Positions 1-8,932 of a stretch of DNA of 64,000 nt are shown piece by piece. Made by a program: the position numbers and the translations under genes. Below the pieces are notes generated by a model, which had not been told where the DNA came from, made no database searches, and was given only the letters and a program-made list of their open reading frames with translations. The first letter of the stretch is position 1, and each line of letters begins with the position of its first letter. Source of the DNA: an uncultured Acidobacteriota bacterium (lineage in GTDB: Bacteria; Acidobacteriota; UBA6911; RPQK01; JAPXNP01); NCBI GenBank assembly GCA_963823995.1, contig CAWGNQ010000005.1, positions 706,510 through 770,509 on the forward strand, given 5' to 3'.

Positions 1-172
1 CCCAAGATAGTGAAGTGCGACCTCCGGTCCCAGCAAAGACGCCACCGGCGCTCTCATTCCGGATTCGCCATCGGTGACCGCTCCCGGAGCGGTCACCTCC
101 TCCCGGGTGCAGGCGTTCATCCACAACATCAGTCCGACAAACAGTAAGGCGAAACCCCGAAGCACCTTCATT
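1..172 (-). CDS. putative lipoprotein, N-terminal fragment (gene runs off window start)
   Basis: Reverse complement of 1-172 reads MKVLRGFALLFVGLMLWMNACTREEV... with a lipobox-like LWMNAC and stays open to position 1; too short for the ORF track. Confidence 0.3.
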
Positions 173-544
173 TCCGGCTCCTTGAACCACAGGCTCCCGC
201 TCGAAGAATCCGAGATCAGGATCCATGGGCACTCCGTCGAGAAAAATGCTGCGCATTTCGATCACCCGATCGATTGGAACTCGAGCGGGGCAAGCACGGG
301 GACCGGCTCCCATATCCGACCGCCATCCGGTCTCGACCTTATCGCCCCCTCCGGTGACCGGCCTGACTGCTCGCAAATGAATTTTATCAAAGTGTTCAGG
401 ACGAATGGTGTGAGGGCATGACGAGTCGTCCCTTGAACGGCGGCGGCGCTGGTTGGCTATATGGCCTGACGCCGGCCTCCTTCCACACGGGAAACGGGAA
501 CGGGAAGCCCCTTCCCCTCAGGATGGGGTGTACCGACAATACCC

Positions 545-1099
545 ATGGGTCGCGATTGGAACCTCCCAAACCGAAACTGGTATGCTGGTTTGAGCGGATC
601 TCCACTTTCCAGAAAGCAAGACGACGTGAGAAGAACCTACCTGCTGTCGATTGTCCTTGCGCTGTTCTCCATTGCGCAGTTGTGCGCCGATCCCGGCTCG
701 GACGCCGTCCGACATGTGACGAGCCAGATCCTGTGTACCTGCGGTTGTTCCAACATGCTCGTTTCGAGCTGCGAATGCAGTAAGGCGGCCGAAATGAAGA
801 AGGAAGCCGCGGTTCTGCTCGAATCCGGAGAATCCGAACAGGAAGTCCTGGCGGCATTCGAGAAGGAGTATGGCGCGGTCGTTCTTGCGGCACCCGAAGC
901 ACAGGGTTTCAACCTGGTGGGCTGGATCATGCCCTTCGTAGCCTTGGCTATGGGCAGTCTGGTCGTGGCCGTCGTGTTCCGGCGCTTGAGAACACCGTCC
1001 GCCCCGGTAGAAGATGGGGACTCCGAGTCAACAGTTCCCGAACAGCCGGAAATGGCCGACCGTTTCCGTCAGCAACTCGACGAGGAGTTGCGACGCTAA
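545..1099 (+). CDS. CcmH/CycL/NrfF-family thiol protein (cytochrome c-type biogenesis-like), membrane anchored
   Basis: ILCTCGCSNMLVSSCEC thiol motif followed by ...EQEVLAAFEKEYGAVVLAAPEAQGFNLVGWIMPFVALAMGSLVV, matching CcmH architecture (CxxC, helical region, YG..VL..P, C-terminal TM). True start may be GTG 626. Confidence 0.55.
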   Translation: MGRDWNLPNRNWYAGLSGSPLSRKQDDVRRTYLLSIVLALFSIAQLCADPGSDAVRHVTSQILCTCGCSNMLVSSCECSKAAEMKKEAAVLLESGESEQEVLAAFEKEYGAVVLAAPEAQGFNLVGWIMPFVALAMGSLVVAVVFRRLRTPSAPVEDGDSESTVPEQPEMADRFRQQLDEELRR

Positions 1100-1516
1100 C
1101 CCCCGTTTCATCCGCTGCCCGTCGTTAGTCCGGAGCCTCTCGTCGAGTAGAGAGGTTCATCACGCGCCCCGGCGTCCGGTTAACGAGCCCCGACAGGGCT
1201 GAGTGTTCCCATCCGCCGGCCCTTCCCGGAGCGCTCCCTGCCCCGGGCTCTCGAATACTGCTACGGCCTCTTCGGGCTGCTCACCCGTTTCGTTCATCGA
1301 GACGGAGCGGACGAGCTTTCTGGAGCGCTTCTTGCATCATTCAATACGGAACATATATGATAATGATGTAAACATAGAAACGCAGAGTGATGCTTCTACC
1401 TGTTGTCCTCGCCGGGACACATCGACTCATCCATCGATGTGATCTTCACTGCAAAATTCTCTGCGGATCATCGAATCCAACGGAGCATCGCTTAAAAATA
1501 GAAGGAGTTCGTCATC

Positions 1517-1744
1517 ATGTTTCTTGGTGGGTTCTTTTCCCTTTTGGTCCTCGTGGGCATCGCTTTGGTCGTCGTCTGGCTTCTCTCGGGCGGAGACAAT
1601 CTTCCCTTGCGCCGTCCGGGCCGTGGTTCAGACCGCGAGACGCCCTTGGATATTCTCAAGCAGCGTTATGCACGAGGTGAAATCAACCGCGATCAGTTTG
1701 AACAGATGAAGGAGGACCTGCTGGAAGGAAGGAGACACTCGTGA
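1517..1744 (+). CDS. SHOCT-domain membrane protein
   Basis: N-terminal TM helix, C-terminal DILKQRYARGEINRDQFEQMKEDL (SHOCT signature); RBS gaaggag 7 nt upstream. Confidence 0.75.
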   Translation: MFLGGFFSLLVLVGIALVVVWLLSGGDNLPLRRPGRGSDRETPLDILKQRYARGEINRDQFEQMKEDLLEGRRHS

Positions 1745-1899
1745 GAGACCGTCGCCTCCTAATTCTCGGCATCATCCTGATCGTCATCGGAATCGTAGGA
1801 CTGGTGATCGTCGGCACTATGTGGGCCCAATGGCCATGGATGCACAGCCATCGGGGAATGATGGTCCCAATCAGCAGCTTCCACATCGGATCCGTGTAA
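1741..1899 (+). CDS. 53-aa small membrane peptide, translationally coupled to SHOCT gene (GTGA overlap)
   Basis: GTG 1741 overlaps the SHOCT stop; VRDRRLLILGIILIVIGIVGLVIVGTMWAQWPWMHSHRGMMVPISSFHIGSV; hydrophobic helix plus His/Met-rich tail. Confidence 0.4.
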   Translation: MRDRRLLILGIILIVIGIVGLVIVGTMWAQWPWMHSHRGMMVPISSFHIGSV

Positions 1900-2134
1900 G
1901 GACCATCCCCGGGGTTCTGAATACCCGGGATAATCCGAGCTCCAGGACCTTGCGCCATACTGCCTGGGCTTGACTCTTAGCGACAGGCTTGCACGGCGCC
2001 TGCCGCATCTCACGCAGCAGACGCGGCAAATCCAGCAGGCAATCGCTCAAACCGCCGGCCCTGCAGGCAAATCTTTCTCTGGAACGCCGTTTGCGTTGAG
2101 AAGGGGTGTGTTCGTAAAGGTGAAAAACAGAATC

Positions 2135-2148
2135 AGCACTATAGTGCT
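2135..2148. promoter_or_regulatory. perfect 14-bp palindrome AGCACTATAGTGCT upstream of Met/His-rich protein gene
   Basis: Centred on TATA, 35 nt upstream of ATG 2183. Confidence 0.35.
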
Positions 2149-2182
2149 TACAACTTCCAACTCTTGAATCAAGGAGATTGAG

Positions 2183-2920
2183 ATGAGCAAGAAAGTACGA
2201 TTATTCTCCGCGTTGGCGGGCATTTTCCTGCTGAGCGTGGTATTTGCACTTGCCCAAGGTACGATGATGCAGGGCAATCAGTCCGGAACGACGAATGGGA
2301 ATCAAAACAGCGCGATGCAGGACCGGAACAACAACTGGTACCAGCAGATGATGCAGCAGCGCGAACAGATGCAGTCAAGGATTCAGGCCACCGACGAGAA
2401 ACTGGCCGACGACCTTCAAAAACTGCAGGCCGCCAAGACGGATGACCAGAAGGTTCAGATCATGCAGACGATATTCACGAACCTCATCGAAGAGAGAAAC
2501 TATCTGCACGACCAGGTGTTCCCGATGATGATGTCCGGATCGGGGATGATGTACGGCGGCGGAATGATGAATGGCGGAATGATGAATAGCGGAATGACGC
2601 AAAATGGCCACACCATGCATTCCGGCCACATGGGCATGCACGGCGAAAACGACCATTCGGGCATGATGAACCGGAACGACGATAACGCCTGGCACCGCCA
2701 GATGATGCAACAGCGCGAGGCGATTCAAACGCGCGTCCAGAAAACCGACCAGCAGCTGTCCGAAGACCTCGAGAAGTTACAGGCTGCCACCACGGATGCC
2801 CAGAAGATCCAGATGATGCAGACGATGCTCGAGAACCTGATCAACGAGAGAAACTACGTTCACGACCAAGCGCTTTCAATGATGATGATGCACCGGCAGA
2901 CGCAGTCGGCACGACCGTAA
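2183..2920 (+). CDS. secreted Met/His-rich protein with internal duplication; candidate periplasmic Cu(I)/Ag(I)-binding protein
   Basis: Signal peptide MSKKVRLFSALAGIFLLSVVFALAQG. Two ~75-aa repeats (W[YH]QQMMQQRE..IQ.TD..L..DL.KLQAA.TD.QK.Q.MQT...NLI.ERNY.HDQ...MMM) flank a linker SGSGMMYGGGMMNGGMMNSGMTQNGHTMHSGHMGMHGENDHSGMM. RBS aaggag upstream. Confidence 0.7.
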   Translation: MSKKVRLFSALAGIFLLSVVFALAQGTMMQGNQSGTTNGNQNSAMQDRNNNWYQQMMQQREQMQSRIQATDEKLADDLQKLQAAKTDDQKVQIMQTIFTNLIEERNYLHDQVFPMMMSGSGMMYGGGMMNGGMMNSGMTQNGHTMHSGHMGMHGENDHSGMMNRNDDNAWHRQMMQQREAIQTRVQKTDQQLSEDLEKLQAATTDAQKIQMMQTMLENLINERNYVHDQALSMMMMHRQTQSARP

Positions 2921-3183
2921 ATTGGCGAATGTCGAACCAGTGCTCTGATGGAAATCGGACAGCGTACTGATGTATATGCAACAGTTCAGTTCGATTACAG
3001 ATAGGAGCGGCCGTCGAGCCCTGCGGAAGCACAACCCTAAGCCATTGAAAAACAGCGGCTTCTTGGCTCTTCCCGGAGATGACTCCCGGATTGGCACCCC
3101 GCTTGCTGTCTCCATCGGCGAGACGGCAGTGAACGCTGTCACGTTCAATCTGAGAACCGGGAACGCAAACGAGGAGAGACCTG

Positions 3184-3642
3184 ATGAAAGCACGCTTGAC
3201 GGTTTTGGTGGGACTTCTGCTGGGCGGAACATTGTGGGCGGGCCCCGTGGACCAATCGATCGACGGAATTCTCAAGGAATATTTCAAGATCCACATCGCG
3301 CTCGCTCAGGATTCGACGGAGGGGACGGCCGCTGCTGCGCAGGCCATCGCCCGGAAAGCCTCGTCCATACGCGCAAATGACCCTGAGATTCAGCGACTGC
3401 TCACCCAGATTACAGTAGCTTCCCGGGGCTTCCACGATTCGAATCTCGAAGAAGCGAGAGACAGTTTCTTTGAACTGAGCAAGCCGCTCCTGTCCTATTT
3501 GAATCAGTTCCATGCGGAAAAGGGCCAGTATTACCGCTACTTTTGCAGCATGAAGCAGAGAGGCTGGGTACAATCGATGGAGACGACGCAGAATCCCTAT
3601 GCGGGTCAAGCCATGGCCGGTTGCGGTGAATTGATCCAATGA
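3184..3642 (+). CDS. DUF3347-like secreted protein (family often beside heavy-metal ATPases)
   Basis: Signal peptide MKARLTVLVGLLLGGTLWA; helical protein ending ...GQYYRYFCSMKQRGW resembling the conserved Y..CPM region of DUF3347; sits immediately upstream of copA. Confidence 0.5.
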   Translation: MKARLTVLVGLLLGGTLWAGPVDQSIDGILKEYFKIHIALAQDSTEGTAAAAQAIARKASSIRANDPEIQRLLTQITVASRGFHDSNLEEARDSFFELSKPLLSYLNQFHAEKGQYYRYFCSMKQRGWVQSMETTQNPYAGQAMAGCGELIQ

Positions 3643-3742
3643 AGAACGATTTGATCCAGTAAGACCAGTAAGAGTGGTGACTGAGTAGAGTCTCCTTTCG
3701 CGACACCGGCGGGAGGCTCTTCCCCCTCACTCAGTCACTCCG

Positions 3743-3766
3743 GGCGCCGATCTCGATATCGGCGCC
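3743..3766. promoter_or_regulatory. inverted repeat GGCGCCGAT-ctcgat-ATCGGCGCC ~58 nt upstream of copA start; candidate metalloregulator operator
   Basis: 9-bp perfect arms; followed by TTGACG -35-like box at 3789. Confidence 0.3.
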
Positions 3767-3823
3767 CGCCCCCGAAAATTGACGGGCCCTGCCAGAATTC
3801 AAGGGGTGACAAGGAGTTCACCG

Positions 3824-6307
3824 ATGTTCGAAAAGACGAGTACAACACCGACGACCCTTCCGAAAGACCCGGTCTGTGGAATGGACGTCGATCCGAACAA
3901 CAGCGAGCTCCATTCAGACTATGGCGGCTCGACCTACTACTTCTGCAGCCGCTCCTGCCTCGAAGCCTTCGAAAAAGAGCCGAGACGCTACCTGGAGGAG
4001 AACGCCCGCGAAAAAACGGTCGGCGATCACCGTCATCCCCATTCACACCCAAAGGACCGCTCGGGTCGGGACGGTTCCGATCAGGTCTACACCTGTCCCA
4101 TGCATCCGGAAGTCGAAGAGGATGCTCCTGGAGGCTGCCCGGAATGCGGGATGGCCCTGGAACCGAAGCACCCGAAGATCTCCGCTCAGAAGACTCAGTA
4201 CACCTGTCCCATGCATCCGGAGGTCGTCGAGGACGAACCGGGCAGCTGCCCGAAGTGCGGGATGGCCCTCGAGCCAACCACCGTCTCGGCAGAAGCCGAA
4301 GAGGAGGATCCGGAGCTTCGCAATATGACGCGTCGATTCTGGGTCGGCGTCGTCCTGACGGCGCCGCTGCTGCTTCTTGCCATGGGCGACCACATCGGGC
4401 TGCCGATTCGATCCCTCATTTCGCAGCAGGTCTCCAACTGGATCGAACTGATGCTGGCGACCCCGGTCGTGCTCTGGGCCGGGTTGCCGTTTTTCCAGAG
4501 GGGCTATCACTCGATCAGGCGTATGAGCCTGAACATGTTCACGCTGATCTCTCTCGGCACCGGCGTCGCCTGGCTCTATAGCGTGGTCGCCACGCTGGCA
4601 CCCAACATCTTCCCTCAAGCCTTTCGAGGAGAAGCAGGTGCGGTCCCAGTCTACTTCGAGGCGGCGGCCGTCATCGTGACCCTGGTCTTGCTCGGCCAGG
4701 TCATGGAACTCCGGGCCCGCCGCTCGACCAGTGGAGCGATCAGGGGCCTGCTTGGCCTCGCGGCCAAAACGGCCCGGCTGGTGCGCGAGGACGACTCGGA
4801 AGTCGACATACCGCTGGACCAGGTTGAAATCGGACACCGGCTCCGAGTGCGGCCGGGCGAGAAGGTGCCGGTGGACGGGAAAGTGGTCGAGGGCAGGACG
4901 ACCGTCGACGAATCGATGATCACTGGAGAGCCGATTCCAGTCGAAAAGGCGCCCGGCGACGAGGTCGTCGGGGCAACGATCAACCAGACCGGAAGCGTCC
5001 TGATGGTGGCCGAGAAGGTCGGTAGCGAGACCGTACTGGCCCGCATCGTCCAGATGGTGAGCGAAGCCCAGCGCAGCCGTGCTCCGATTCAAAGGCTGGC
5101 CGATCAGGTGGCGGCCTGGTTCGTTCCCATCGTCGTCACTATTTCAGTCATTACGTTCGTGGTCTGGTCGATCTGGGGACCGCGCCCTGCCTTCGCCTAT
5201 GCACTGGTCAACGCCGTGGCCGTCCTGATCGTCGCCTGTCCCTGTGCCCTTGGGCTGGCCACGCCGATGTCGGTGATGGTCGGAGTCGGAAAGGGGGCGC
5301 AGAGCGGGGTTCTGATCAAGCACGCCGAAGCCATTGAAGTCCTGGAGAAGATCGACACGATCGTCGTCGACAAGACCGGCACGCTCACTGAAGGCCGGCC
5401 CCGACTCGTTACCGTGTCGGCCGAAGAGGGCTGGGACGAAACCGACTTCCTGCGGCTGGCCTCCGGGATCGAAGCGGGCAGCGAGCATCCCCTGGCAGCC
5501 GCCATTGTCGAGGGCGCAAAGGACCGCGGTGTGACGCCGGCCAAAGCACGGGACTTCGAGTCGGCCACGGGTAAAGGTGTGCTGGGCACTGTGGAGAGCC
5601 GTCAGGTGGCGCTCGGAAACCGGCGTCTGCTGGAGGATCTTTCGGTGGACGTCTCGGCGCTCTCTGAAAAGGCGACCTCACTGCGCGAGGATGGACAGAC
5701 CGTGATGTTCGTCGCCATCGACGGCAAGCCTGCCGGCCTGCTCGGCGTTGCCGACCCCATCAAGGAGTCGACACCGGAGGCCGTCCGGCTGCTCCATGAC
5801 GACGGGATCGAGATCATCATGCTCACCGGAGACAATCGGATGACGGCTGAGGCCGTCGCCCGAAAGCTCGGCATCGACAGGATCGAAGCCGAAGTCCTTC
5901 CGGATCAGAAGAACGAAGTGATCCAAAGGCTTCAGGCTGAAGGAAGAAAGGTGGCAATGGCAGGTGACGGCATCAATGACGCTCCGGCTCTCGCCCAGGC
6001 CCATGTCGGCATCGCCATGGGCAGTGGTACGGACGTGGCCATGGAAAGCGCCGGGATCACTCTCATGCAGGGGGACCTGCGCGGCATTGCAAAGGCCCGC
6101 ATGCTCAGCCACGCGACGATGCGCAACATCCGTCAGAACCTCTTCTTCGCCTTCGTCTACAATTCGATCGGTGTCCCCATCGCGGCCGGTGTGCTCTATC
6201 CCTTCTTCGGAATTCTCCTGAGCCCGATTATCGCCGCGGCCGCCATGAGTTTCAGTTCTGTCTCCGTCGTGGGAAACGCACTGAGGCTCCGCAACATCCG
6301 CCTCTAG
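3824..6307 (+). CDS. copA: copper-translocating P1B-type ATPase
   Basis: N-terminal YHS/TRASH domain ([10 protein letters not shown]...[16 protein letters not shown]); two HMBD repeats ([20 protein letters not shown] x2); CPC motif [11 protein letters not shown]; DKTGTLT; [13 protein letters not shown] aaggag before ATG 3824 (track ORF starts 3779). Confidence 0.95.
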   Translation: MFEKTSTTPTTLPKDPVCGMDVDPNNSELHSDYGGSTYYFCSRSCLEAFEKEPRRYLEENAREKTVGDHRHPHSHPKDRSGRDGSDQVYTCPMHPEVEEDAPGGCPECGMALEPKHPKISAQKTQYTCPMHPEVVEDEPGSCPKCGMALEPTTVSAEAEEEDPELRNMTRRFWVGVVLTAPLLLLAMGDHIGLPIRSLISQQVSNWIELMLATPVVLWAGLPFFQRGYHSIRRMSLNMFTLISLGTGVAWLYSVVATLAPNIFPQAFRGEAGAVPVYFEAAAVIVTLVLLGQVMELRARRSTSGAIRGLLGLAAKTARLVREDDSEVDIPLDQVEIGHRLRVRPGEKVPVDGKVVEGRTTVDESMITGEPIPVEKAPGDEVVGATINQTGSVLMVAEKVGSETVLARIVQMVSEAQRSRAPIQRLADQVAAWFVPIVVTISVITFVVWSIWGPRPAFAYALVNAVAVLIVACPCALGLATPMSVMVGVGKGAQSGVLIKHAEAIEVLEKIDTIVVDKTGTLTEGRPRLVTVSAEEGWDETDFLRLASGIEAGSEHPLAAAIVEGAKDRGVTPAKARDFESATGKGVLGTVESRQVALGNRRLLEDLSVDVSALSEKATSLREDGQTVMFVAIDGKPAGLLGVADPIKESTPEAVRLLHDDGIEIIMLTGDNRMTAEAVARKLGIDRIEAEVLPDQKNEVIQRLQAEGRKVAMAGDGINDAPALAQAHVGIAMGSGTDVAMESAGITLMQGDLRGIAKARMLSHATMRNIRQNLFFAFVYNSIGVPIAAGVLYPFFGILLSPIIAAAAMSFSSVSVVGNALRLRNIRL

Positions 6308-6337
6308 TCGGCTGGAACCGTTCCGGATCATGCCGAC
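6308..6337 (+). terminator. hairpin downstream of copA (gtcggc...gccgac stem, inner ggaaccgttcc palindrome); no U-tract
   Basis: Inverted repeat seen directly after the copA stop in the convergent intergenic region. Confidence 0.25.
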
Positions 6338-6418
6338 TCGGACGTCGGTGCTTCAGGGCAGCCCTCTCCGGTGCCGCGAAGCGCAGCTTCGACATCGGAA
6401 CACACAAGGGTGCTCACA

Positions 6419-6979
6419 CTACTTGGGAACCGGGTGGCTGATCTTCTTCCACATCTGGTCAAAGTCGAAGGAGGAAAAGGTCGGGCTTTCCTCGTTGTGA
6501 CACCCCACGCACAGTTCCTTGGGATTGTCTTTGTAGAGAATCAAGCCGTTCGCAACGGCCTCCTGCTCGTCCTTCATCACTTTGATCGACTTGTAGTCGG
6601 AACCCGGTCCGTGACAGGTTTCGCACTGCACCCCATCTTCGATCTTGAAGCGCTTGCCGAGACGTGAGGGATCGATATTGTATCCGGTTGCGTGGCACTT
6701 CAGACACGCATCCGAGCCCCACGGTTCTCCCTGAATTCCCTTTTCCTTGGCAATCTGCTGGGACTTTTCGCTCTTGAGCACTTCGTAGGCATGAGAATGC
6801 AGACTGTCCTGCCAGATCCGCAGCTGATCCCCCTGCTTTTCGGATCTGTGACACATTCCGCACACTGCGACCCCCTCATAGGAATGATCATCCGAGGTCT
6901 TTGGCGGCTGGGTGGCCCCGAAGCAGGTACCAAGCACGAAGATGAAGCCGGCTACGGCTGGCAATGCCCATCGTTTCAT
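6419..6979 (-). CDS. tetraheme cytochrome c (cytochrome c554-like family), secreted
   Basis: Signal peptide; four CxxCH motifs (CGMCH, CLKCH, CETCH, CVGCH). Confidence 0.85.
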   Translation of the reverse strand: MKRWALPAVAGFIFVLGTCFGATQPPKTSDDHSYEGVAVCGMCHRSEKQGDQLRIWQDSLHSHAYEVLKSEKSQQIAKEKGIQGEPWGSDACLKCHATGYNIDPSRLGKRFKIEDGVQCETCHGPGSDYKSIKVMKDEQEAVANGLILYKDNPKELCVGCHNEESPTFSSFDFDQMWKKISHPVPK

Positions 6980-7088
6980 AGTCAGACTCCTCCCTTTTTC
7001 CTGATGTGACCGTTACTTTCACTCTACCAGAAAGGATGGATACTGGGGCATAAACCCGGAGGACGCTCTCTTATTTTGAGGTTTCCGC

Positions 7089-8204
7089 CTAGATGGCAAA
7101 TGGAACCCCATCCTGGTCTTCGGCCGGGCTGGGAAGGCGGAGTGCCACGGTGAGTCCACCCGTCTCGTTCCGCCTGGCGGTGATCCCGCCTCCATGATTC
7201 CGAATGAGCTGATCTGCTATCGACAGACCGAGGCCGGTTCCCTGCGCCTTCGTCGTGAAGAAAGGGTCGAAAATGCGCTCCAACTTCCCGTCCTCGACTC
7301 CCGGACCGGTGTCCGACACCTCAACGATCACCGAATTGGAGTTCGGATCCTCGGAACACACGAGAGTCAGAATCCCCCCCTCCTCCATGGCCTCCACTGC
7401 ATTGAGAAGGACATTCAGGACCACCTGACGGATCTGGTCCTCGTCGGCCGAGACTCGACCCGTCGTGCAGGAGCACCGGCGCACGATCTTCAGCTTTCGT
7501 CTCGATGCCAGGCCCTCCACCAGACTGATGGTGGCGTTCACCAGGTCGTGAATGTCCTTCGATTCGATCCTGGGCTCGGGTGGACGAGCAAAGCGGAGAA
7601 ACTCTGCGATCAGATTGTTGATCCTCGTCACCTCCTGTCGAACGATGTCGCCAAATTCCTTCTTCTCCTCAGCCGTCGGACCCGTTGCACACAGAATCTC
7701 GACGGCTCCTTTGATCGACGCCAGCGGATTGCGAATCTCGTGAGCGATCCCGGCGCTGAGTTGGCCGAGAGCCGCCAACCGGTCCGCCCGCCGCAGGCTG
7801 TGCGTCGTCGCCTTCAGCTCGGCATACGCTTCGGCAAGTTCCGAGGAGATGGCCTGCGTGCGTCGCAATTGACTCTGGAGCCTGCCCGAAAGCGATCCCA
7901 CGAGCAGCGCCATGAAGTTATAGAGAACCAGGTGGGATAGCGGATCGAGCAGCTCATATTGCCCGAGCCCCGTTACAATGTGCACCAGATAGACCAGACT
8001 TACGAACAGAGCTATCGCCAGGCCGGACCCGACGCCATACCAGAAGGCGATCAGCAGGATCGGTATGTAGTAAAGATGTTCGTACAGGTCATGGAGCTCG
8101 AGCCGACTCATGGGGCTGATGAAGTGCAGCACCGAAACGAGCAGAACTCCGGCCAGGCAGAATGCCCAGCAAAGCAGATCCCTGCTCGACCACTTTCGAC
8201 TCAT
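7089..8204 (-). CDS. sensor histidine kinase, intramembrane-sensing type, no cognate response regulator nearby
   Basis: Four N-terminal TM helices without a periplasmic domain. H-box HEIRNPLASIKGAVEIL, N-box LLNAVEAM, G-boxes DTGPGV / GTGLGLSI. RBS aaggag before ATG at 8204 (track ORF extends to 8306). Confidence 0.9.
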   Translation of the reverse strand: MSRKWSSRDLLCWAFCLAGVLLVSVLHFISPMSRLELHDLYEHLYYIPILLIAFWYGVGSGLAIALFVSLVYLVHIVTGLGQYELLDPLSHLVLYNFMALLVGSLSGRLQSQLRRTQAISSELAEAYAELKATTHSLRRADRLAALGQLSAGIAHEIRNPLASIKGAVEILCATGPTAEEKKEFGDIVRQEVTRINNLIAEFLRFARPPEPRIESKDIHDLVNATISLVEGLASRRKLKIVRRCSCTTGRVSADEDQIRQVVLNVLLNAVEAMEEGGILTLVCSEDPNSNSVIVEVSDTGPGVEDGKLERIFDPFFTTKAQGTGLGLSIADQLIRNHGGGITARRNETGGLTVALRLPSPAEDQDGVPFAI

Positions 8205-8599
8205 AGACCGGGCTCCTTGCCTGCTTCGAGATCGTACGACGGCCTGCGATAAATCAGAGTGAAACGACGGGCCGTCGTCGACCATTGGAATCCTTGCTCT
8301 CTTCATTCCCTCACCGGAACGGCTCGCCGTCGGGACGACGAACTCCCTGGTTGTTCTTCAGCAAATCCGACGCCAATCCACGGCTCCTCGGCGAAAAGAC
8401 CGCAGTCGCCCGGAACCGAGAAGGACGGCAGCTCGGCGCAAGGGCTGAGCTGCTTGAAATGGATCAACGATGTGTATCATTTCAATCACCCGAGCCTCGC
8501 TCATTGAGGCCGATTGGGAGGTCGCTCGATCCGGGATGCAACTCCAACCCGGCGTGATGGCGCAGGTTGCGTGTTTGGAGGAGCCTCAGGAACGAGGTT

Positions 8600-8615
8600 T
8601 GGCATTGCTTTTGCT
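8600..8615 (+). promoter_or_regulatory. sigma54-type promoter candidate (TGGCAT-N5-TTGCT) upstream of cus-like operon
   Basis: tTGGCATtgcttTTGCTaat; GG and GC dinucleotides spaced exactly as in the TGGCAC-N5-TTGCA consensus; ~150 nt upstream of first ORF of operon. Confidence 0.35.
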
Positions 8616-8765
8616 AATCAGTGAGTGACGCTGGTCGAGACGCCTGCTCGCCCAGCGCAGACAACGAGGGCGATGAGGGGTCTGTCTGATGCAACCGTCC
8701 CGAGGATGGGTGCAGCAACTCAACCCGAATCGCGATCCTTTTGAAATCAACAGAGACGGTGAAAC

Positions 8766-8900
8766 ATGAATCGATCTACGAGTCCGACGCTTCTTTCCAC
8801 CCTGATCGTAGACGGTGTCCTCACCTCGATCCCGACCCGGCATTACGGCCAGTGGCAGAACAGCGGCGGCATGGGAGGCGGAATGGGCGGTGGAATGTAG
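8766..8900 (+). CDS. 44-aa peptide with C-terminal (GGM)3 tail, first ORF of cus-like operon (hypothetical)
   Basis: ATG 8766, MNRSTSPTLLSTLIVDGVLTSIPTRHYGQWQNSGGMGGGMGGGM*, ends 33 nt before the cusC-like start; gagacgg purine stretch upstream. Confidence 0.3.
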   Translation: MNRSTSPTLLSTLIVDGVLTSIPTRHYGQWQNSGGMGGGMGGGM

Positions 8901-8932
8901 ATGTCGGACCTCCAAGTACGGAACCCTACCCC

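Noticed and set aside
74-421. 115-aa + strand ORF at the window start
   Set aside because: It overlaps the better-supported minus-strand lipoprotein fragment. No RBS and no recognisable motif.
4043-5092. 349-aa minus-strand ORF inside copA, and similar antisense ORFs at 24339..25664, 25680..26822, 27149..28195, 29486..30688, 34171..35232, 40960..41781, 42964..44319, 48108..49334, 53324..55636, 56127..57272, 61324..61884
   Set aside because: All lie opposite strongly supported genes and show compositional rather than motif signal.
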